Of a stretch of 64,000 nt of DNA, positions 56,500-64,000 are shown in pieces. Within the stretch, counting starts at the first letter, position 1. Each line of letters starts with the position of its first letter. The notes beneath the pieces are model-generated. The model made no database searches. It was not told where the DNA came from and saw only the letters and a program-made list of their open reading frames with translations. A program made the translations under genes and the position numbers. Source of the DNA: the human T2T-CHM13v2.0 reference genome, Homo sapiens; NCBI RefSeq assembly GCF_009914755.1, contig NC_060940.1. One strand, given 5' to 3'.

Positions 56500-57470
56500 A
56501 TATTCTGTATTTTTGTGCTTTTGTTCTACTTTCTGCATAATTTCCTCAGTTTGATCTTCTGACCCCATCCATGACTATTTTATTGCTGCTGCATTCCCTT
56601 TGATAACATCCCAGTCTTATTCCATAGCTGTTCTATCCTCTCATCTCGCTTAGGGCATCAAGTCTGGGGTGTGATTTATTCCTGTTGATCTCAGACTGTT
56701 TACATGTGGAAAAAGTACAACAAGGTGTTTGGGAGTTCTGTATCTAAGTGTAGGGCTTGCTGGCTGGTGGCTTCCCTGTGGGGTTATTGATCCATCACTA
56801 GGCATTTCATTCTGGGATCCCCACATGGCAGAATCGGTGGATCTTTCCTCTTGGGGAAGTCCATGCCTTCAGGGAGAAATCTCCTAATTCCCTGCTTGGA
56901 GGGAGTGGGGATGTACAAGTCAACATCCTGGGAATCACTTAGCAGGAGAGACTTGGACCTTATCCCTTGTTTTTCATTCAGCTCAGTGCTGTTCACAACT
57001 GTTCCTGGCTATTCCCTCAATCTGAATTCTCTCTCATTCAATTATCCAGGGATTAAATCTCCTATTTCCTGCTGGAGCAAGGGAGAAACAGCTGACAGTT
57101 GTTTGGACTGGGGAAGGAGATCCCCTGAGACAGATCTTCGACGCATCTGCCTGTGTTCCGCCCGACCCTCTCCCGGCTTTGATCATTGGTTGGTACCTTC
57201 AATTCCTGAGCTCTTCCGAGGTTCTTGGATGTGAGCTGGCCTGCTGCCTCTCAGCTTTCCCTTCTGCCAAGACAGCACTCAGCCTTCCACTTTTCACGTT
57301 CCCAAGTTCTGCTGATCTTTCTTCTCTGATATCTTTTTCTCTCCATTTTTCTTCGTTCTTGTAAGTTTATACCTTTTCTTTGCCATAGTGTTAGCGGGGT
57401 TTTGGGAAGGAGCTGACACTACAGAGCATACTCGGCCTGTCACATTTATCCGCATGTCTTTTAGCCTTCC
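56500..57470 (-). mobile_element. HAL1/old L1 5' region
   Basis: ttttgttctactttctg..aatttcctcagtttgatcttc...ggggttttgggaaggagc. Confidence 0.55.
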
Positions 57471-57702
57471 AGTTTCTCACTTCAGCCCAAAGAATAATAA
57501 AAGGCACCATCAGTCTTTTATTGATACTTGTGGGGACTTTTATATCCAACTTGATGTTGGTGCAATGTGATTTGACAGCAAGAAAACAGTGCTCTTGAAT
57601 CTTGGCTGCCAGCCAGGGGACCCGAAATGTCAGCACCCATCCCTAACAATAAGTAACCTGAAACTACAGGAACTGAACTACAATATGATGAAGAAAGCAG
57701 AA

Positions 57703-57989
57703 GGCCAGGCGCGGTGGCTCACGCCTGTAATCCCAGCACTTTGGGAGGCCAAGGTGGGCAGATCACGAGGTCAAGAGATCGAGACCATCCTGGCCAACAT
57801 GGTGAAACCCCGTCTCTACTAAAAATACAAAAATTAGCCGGGCGTGGTGGCTGGCACCTGTAATCCCAGCTACTTGGGAGTCTGAGGCAGGATAATCGCT
57901 TGAACCTGGGAGGCGGAGGTTGCACACTCCAGCCTGGTGACAGAGAGAGACTCCGTCTCAAAAAAAAAAAAAAAAAAAACCAAAAAAAA
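57703..57989 (+). mobile_element. AluSc with 22-bp internal deletion
   Basis: gtcaagagatcgagaccatcctggccaacatgg; ggttgca|cactcc lacks gtgagccgagatcgcgccactg; TSD aagaaag(c/g)agaa. Confidence 0.95.
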
Positions 57990-58620
57990 GAAAGGAGAAG
58001 TATCCAACATCCAAAATGGCGATCTTCAGATGAAGTTGGAAATGTCCAGCTCCTCCAGGCAGACGACCAGGCTAAGGGAACAGAGGTATGAGTCTCCTTC
58101 TCTGCCACTCAGTCTCCACCCAATGCTGGGATTTAAGAGATGAAAGATGGACTGAATGAAGCAAGGCGAGGGAAACTGAGCCCAGACACAGTTCCTGTTA
58201 AGAGAGAAGAAAACAATATTTCTAATTTGCCAGGACTCCAATTGGACAGGATTTCTATAAATAGGCATGATTATATTTTCTGGGGTCTGATGAAAAATCA
58301 GAGGCGAGGTTTGAGTTCAAGACTGAAAAATGAAAATGTCCTGGCTATAGCTCCCTACTCTACTGATGAAAAAGTCTAGCACTGGCCAAATCTAATATGA
58401 GCCACAGGCCTACCACTACACGATTGGAGCAAAATTCAGCAGAACTGGCCACACTGCTGTGGAGAATAGCCAGGTTAATTACTTGGCCACGCGCTGGTAC
58501 ATCAGGACCATTTTGAGAATGCTTTGCCCTAAAACAGAGAGACCCAAGTGGAAAGAATCACGGGAGATCAGTGAACATCACGGAGAGAGCAGTGACCAGA
58601 GGTGGAAATTCCCATAGGGG

Positions 58621-59014
58621 TGATATGGTTGGGATGTGTGTCCCCTCCAAATCTCATGTTGAAATGTGACCCCCAGTCTTGGAGGTGAGGCCTAGTGGGA
58701 GGTGTTTAGGTCATGGGGGCGAATCCTTCATGAACAGCTTAGTGCCCTTCCCAGTGGTAATGAGTGAGCTCTCACTCTATTAGTTCACACAAGAGCTGGT
58801 TGTTTAAAAGAGCCTGGCATCTCTCTTGCCATGTGATGGCACCTGCTCCCCTTTTCCCTTCCATCATGATTGAAAGCTTCCTGAGGCCCTCCCAGAAGCA
58901 GACACCAGCACAATGCTTCTTGTACAGCCTGCAGAATCATGAGCCGAATAAAGTTTTTTTCTCACTCAGCCTCAGGTATTCTTCCTTTATAGCAATGCAA
59001 AATGGACCAATTCA
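58621..59014 (+). mobile_element. MSTB-like MaLR solo LTR
   Basis: tgatatggttgggatgtgtgtcccctccaaatctcatgttgaa...gtacagcctgcagaa..atgagcc.aataaa...ttca. Confidence 0.9.
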
Positions 59015-59637
59015 GAGGGCAAAGTGTCTCACTTGAGAGATTGATTACAGGCTAAATTATTATAAAATTCCCTCCCTCCAAGAAATTCACTCTAAACACA
59101 AATTACACAAATAGTTGGCTACCACTCATTGATGTGAATTGAAAGCAGAAGAAGGAGAAAAAAACATGTGTATTATATTTCTCTTTTCTATATTTAGGTT
59201 TCTTTATCAAACTTCCACCCAAAATATAGGAAGAAGTTCCCACAGGACCAGAGCTGCCATGTAAAGATGTGTACCTTGTGCCCTGGAGAGCTCCAGGGCA
59301 TCCTCACATCGCAGGCTGTGGCCATACATGGAACGCCCCAGGGCTTTCCCATTTCCAGATGCTATGGTCACAAAGCACCGGATAAAGCTTTCACAGTGAA
59401 CAACCAGGCCATACGCTAACGACAGCCTGAGGCTCCACCTCTGGGTCTCCGATTAACCATCATTCTAGACCAAGTTATTTTTGCCAGAAGTAGGGACTAA
59501 GTGCTGTGGATTCTGCAGGGCCTCTCCTAGCAGGCCTGTTTCTACTTTTTCTCAAGGTCTACAGCTTCCGCCACCCTCTCTGGGGACAGCCCGGTCAGAT
59601 TCTGGATGCTTCCTTCCTCATCTAACTGGATACATTC

Positions 59638-59937
<300 letters not shown>

Positions 59938-60894
59938 TAGGATACATTCTAACCACCCCCACCACCACCGCAACCCGAAGGGCACGACTTTCTCCTCTAA
60001 GTGCAACACAGCTCTCTGGTTTCTCTGAGCTGGTTCCCTCCCTGGTACCACTTCCACAGGAGAACAGCTGACCATACTTGGGCTCTGAAGATAACTAGAG
60101 AAGAACCTGGAGTCTCCTCAGAGTTCCTCCCTACCCATCCCATTGTTTGAGGTTAGCCACCACTTCTGGCTCCATAGTTTAATAGATGGACTAATCTTGT
60201 TCCTCCTAGTATCTGTCCAGACCTTGTCACCAAAACCATAGGTAACTTGTCCTCGAAGAAGTACACCCCATTCTTCACACAATAACAGACCATCCACATG
60301 GCTTCCCAAATCTCTCCCTTGAGCACAGAGGGGCTTTACGAACACTGAATGCTCACAGCCCCAGTAGGCTTCATGCAGACATGATATGATGACCATGAAA
60401 ATACACATTTACAGTTACAGCAGAGCCAAGCCTTAAAGTCACTAAAATGGAATATCGGATCAAAGTCTTTCAGATTCCAACCTCTCCTTTTTTTGGTTGT
60501 AATCACTCTCCCGCCATGCTACCTGTAGTATTCCATTTTCTTTCCCCCATCTTTGTTTTTGTGAAGATAAAAGCAGTTTGAAATGAGTACTCGAAGTCAC
60601 CTACTACTCTGCTGGAGGTTGATATCTCCTCTTTTTTTCCCTCTCTATGTACAAATATATACTTGTCTTTTATGATCAAAGATAACGGTGATGTTTCGCC
60701 AAAAGACAAGTGAGAATGAAAGTAATAATAATCTATTCACGATCACACTGAGTCTTCGCACCATTTTGGTCAGGACAGCCTTACCCAATGTCTGAGTGCC
60801 TCTCTCAGGTAGCTAAAAGTGCTGAAATCTGCTTAGCCCTGTCCCTGAAATCTGTTCCTCTCAGCCATACAGTGGAGTACTTCAAAATAATTAA

Positions 60895-61150
60895 AAATAA
60901 TAATACACAGTTCATTTATTTAAGCATTTGCTGTGTGCAAGCACTGCTCTCAGTTATTTCCACGTATTATGTCACTTAATCCTCCTGAAATCCCTCTGAA
61001 GTAGGTATTGCTAATATTCCCATTTTACAGATGGAGAAACTAAAGCACAAGAGATTGAGTCACTTGCCTCAGGTTACACAGCTGGTAAGTATTTGGACCT
61101 AAACAGTCTAGCTCCAGAGCACACAGGCGGAGCTCCAACACTCTGCTACA
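60895..61150 (-). mobile_element. MIR(b), near full length
   Basis: catttattaagcatt...cccattttacagatggagaaactaaagcaca...cacttgcctcaggttacacagctggtaagt. Confidence 0.85.
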
Positions 61151-61253
61151 CTGTGAGACTGTATGGATAGCTACAGCTCTGCTAAACTGGAGGAAAGCAA
61201 TGAACAGTTCTTCACAGTTTATCCACAGCTATCTCTTTATTAAAGAGGTAGGG

Positions 61254-61601
61254 TGTGTTCTTCCATTTGGGCTGCTATAATAAAATACAGACTGGATGGT
61301 TTAAAACACAACAGAATTTTTTTTAAACCGCAGTTCTGGAGGCTGGGGAGCCCCGGATCAAGGTGCTGGCAGATTGGATGTCTGGTAAGAGCTCACTTCC
61401 TGGTTGATAGATGGTCTCTTCTCACTTTGTTCTCATTTGGCAGAAGGGGCAAGGGAGCTATCTCAGGCCTCTTTTATAAATGCACTAATTTCCCTCATGA
61501 AGGCTCTACCTTCATATCCTCATCACCTCCCAAAGGCTCTACCTCCAAATACCATTACATTGGAACCTGGGTTTTTTTTCTTTCTTTTATTTTTCTTTCT
61601 T

Positions 61602-61635
<34 letters not shown>

Positions 61636-63914
61636 AGACGGAGTCTCGCTCTTTCACCGAGGCCAGACTGCAGTGGCGCTCTCTCGGCTCACTGCAAGCT
61701 CCACCTCCCGGGTTCATGCCATTCTCCTGCCTCAGCCTCCTGAGTAGCTGGGACTACAGGTGCCTGCCACCGTGCCCAGCTAATTTTTTGTATTTTTAGT
61801 AGAGACGGGGTTTCACCGTGTTAGCCAGGATGGCCTTGATCTCCTGACCTCATGATCCACCCGCCTCAGCCTCCCAAAGTGCTGGGATTACAGGCGTGAG
61901 CCACCATGCCCAGCCAGGACTTGGGTTTTAACATAAAAATTTTGAAAGGTCACAGGCATTCAGTCTATAGCATTCCACCCCTGACTTCCCAAATTCATGT
62001 CCTTCTCACACACAAAATACATTCATTCTATCCCAGTAGGCCCAAAAGTTTTAATTCATTCCAGCATCAACTGAAAAGTCCAAAGTCCAACATCTCATCT
62101 AAATGTCATCTAAATCATATATGAGACCCAAAATGTGATTCATCAGAAGGCAAATTCCCCTCCAGCTATAAGCTGTAAAACCAAAGAAATTACGTGCTTC
62201 CGAAATACAATGGTGGGGCAGACATAGGATAGACAGTTCCATTGCAAAAGGAAGAAATAGAAAGGAAGATAGGAGTGACAGGTTCCGAGCAAGCCAAAAC
62301 AGTGGAGCAAATTCCATTACACATTAACACTCAAGAATAATCCTATTTGGCTTGATTCTCTGTTTTCCAGGCCCTCTAGGATGGGGGTCTCACCCCTGGA
62401 ACCCACTGGTGTTGTGTTCCTGCCCCCAAAGATTTCCCAGACAAAGTTTGGACCCCCAAGGCTCTGGGCAGCCCCACCCTGAGGGTGGCTCTGTGCATGG
62501 ACTCTCCCCTAGTGGTTCTCTACCTGGGCGTCGTGGCTCCCTAGGGCTGGGGTCCCAAGCCAGAGGCTCCACTTAGCACACCTACACCATACTGGAGCCT
62601 GTCAGAGTCACATCTGGGGTGGCCAAGGAGCATGGCACCAGTGTGGGGAGTGGAGCCCATGATGTGAGGCAGTGCCAGGTAGGGTGTGCCAAGGTCAGGC
62701 AGGTACTGGTGGCTTCCATTTTGAAACTGTTCTGCCCCTGGTGCCCTTACACTCTGGGTCTGTGATGGGAAGTGGTGGGGGTGGGGTGGCAGTTGATTAT
62801 TTTTGCATTGCTTTTGGGCTCATTCTTCCATTGTCGTGAACAATAGCTTGTGGATTCTGTTGAGATGGCTGATCCATACTAATCTTATCAAATGGTCATT
62901 TGGCCACACCCTTAGAGTTCTTGTCTGACTACACATTTTCATTTTAAATAATACAGATAGGCTGAAAATTTTCCAAATTTTCAAGTTCTGATTTCCTTTT
63001 TATTAATTATTCCATTTTAAAATCATTTTTTACTTCTTGCATTTTACTATAAGCAGTCAAGAGAAGCCAGGCCATGCTTCTGACACTTTGCTTAGGAATT
63101 TCTTCAGCCAAATACTCTATTTCATTGCTCACAAGTTCTACCTTCCACAAAACACTAGGACACAAATACAATTCAGCCAAGCTCTTTGCCACTTTATAAC
63201 AAGAATGGTCTTTTCTCCATTATCCAATAATGGAGAAACATCTTATTGATGTTCCTCATTTCCATCTGAGGTCTCATGAGAATAGTCCTTACTGTCTCCA
63301 TTTCTACCGATATTATATATAGGGTTACTTACATATTCTCCAAGAAGATTGAGATATCCCCTAAAGCTCTCCTTTTTCTTTTCTAAGCCTTCACCAGAAT
63401 TTCCCTTAATGGCCCATTCATAGCAATGTAACCTTTTTGTAGGATGCATCTTAAAACTCTTCCAGCCTGTACCCATTATCCAGTTCCAGATCCAATTCCA
63501 CAATCTTAGGTATTGGTTACATAAGCACCCCACTCCCAGTACCAATCTCTGTCATTTTATGTTTGGGCAGCCATAACAAAATATCATAAACCGGGTGGCT
63601 TATAAATAACACAAACTTATTTCTCACAGTTCTGGAGACTGCAAAATCCAAGATCAAGGGGCCAGAAGATTTGGTGGCTGGTGAGGGCCCTCTTCCTGGT
63701 TCATAGACAACATCTTCTCACTGCATCCTTACATGGTGGAAGGAAAAAGGGAGCTCTCTCAAGCCTCTTTTCTGTGGGCACTAACCTCATTCATGAGGGC
63801 TCTGACCTCATGACCTAATCACCTTCCAAAGGCCTGACCTCCAAATACCATCATACTGGTCATTAGGACTTCACGTATAAATTCTGGAGGGACACAAACA
63901 TTCAATCCACAGGA
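61254..63914 (-). mobile_element. MLT1A/MLT1A0 MaLR provirus: 3'LTR 61254-61972, internal 61973-63549, 5'LTR 63550-63914
   Basis: Two homologous LTRs in direct orientation; purine tract and attggtac at the internal junctions on the - strand; TSD TAGGG at 61249-61253 and 63915-63919. Confidence 0.9.
61572..61915 (-). mobile_element. AluY (Ye-lineage-like variant) inserted in the LTR
   Basis: gcaagctcc, gccattctcc, ttagccaggatgg; variant ggccagactgcagtggcgct; long T tail. Confidence 0.93.
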
Positions 63915-64000
63915 TAGGGTCTCAGAAAAAAGTTCTGAACCTCACTGGGTTCCCCCTGCCACCTGCCATGGTGGCACTCTGCTGCTAGCCATGTTAGCAC

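Noticed and set aside
63007-63545. ORFs in the MaLR internal region as gag/pol
   Set aside because: Fragmentary; MaLRs are non-autonomous and this copy is decayed.

Overview
Primate, probably human or great-ape, non-coding genomic DNA; AluJ, AluS and AluY elements are all present. I see no CpG island, no RNA gene and no protein-coding gene I can recognise. Most ORFs in the track come from Alu, L1, LTR or tandem-repeat sequence. Well over half of the window is interspersed repeat: a nested, near full-span old L1MC (12.5-20.5 kb), about 20 Alus and Alu monomers, about 13 MaLR/ERVL LTR elements including an LTR-int-LTR MLT1A provirus with its TSD, hAT DNA transposons, and MIR/L2/L3 relics. The most unusual element is a ~1.9-kb, 30-bp-unit minisatellite (5.2-7.1 kb). 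Its last 28 units are substitution-diverged but indel-free. Its + strand is a dense YCAY (NOVA-type) array and its - strand a UGCAUG (RBFOX) array. LTR orientation bias and several well-formed splice-site pairs suggest the window lies in a + strand, probably non-coding, transcription unit; this is inference only. Other notable items are a 28-bp templated copy of a neighbouring Alu and an AluY whose two arms differ sharply in CpG decay. Repeat subfamily names come from recalled consensus sequences, and boundaries of old repeats are approximate.
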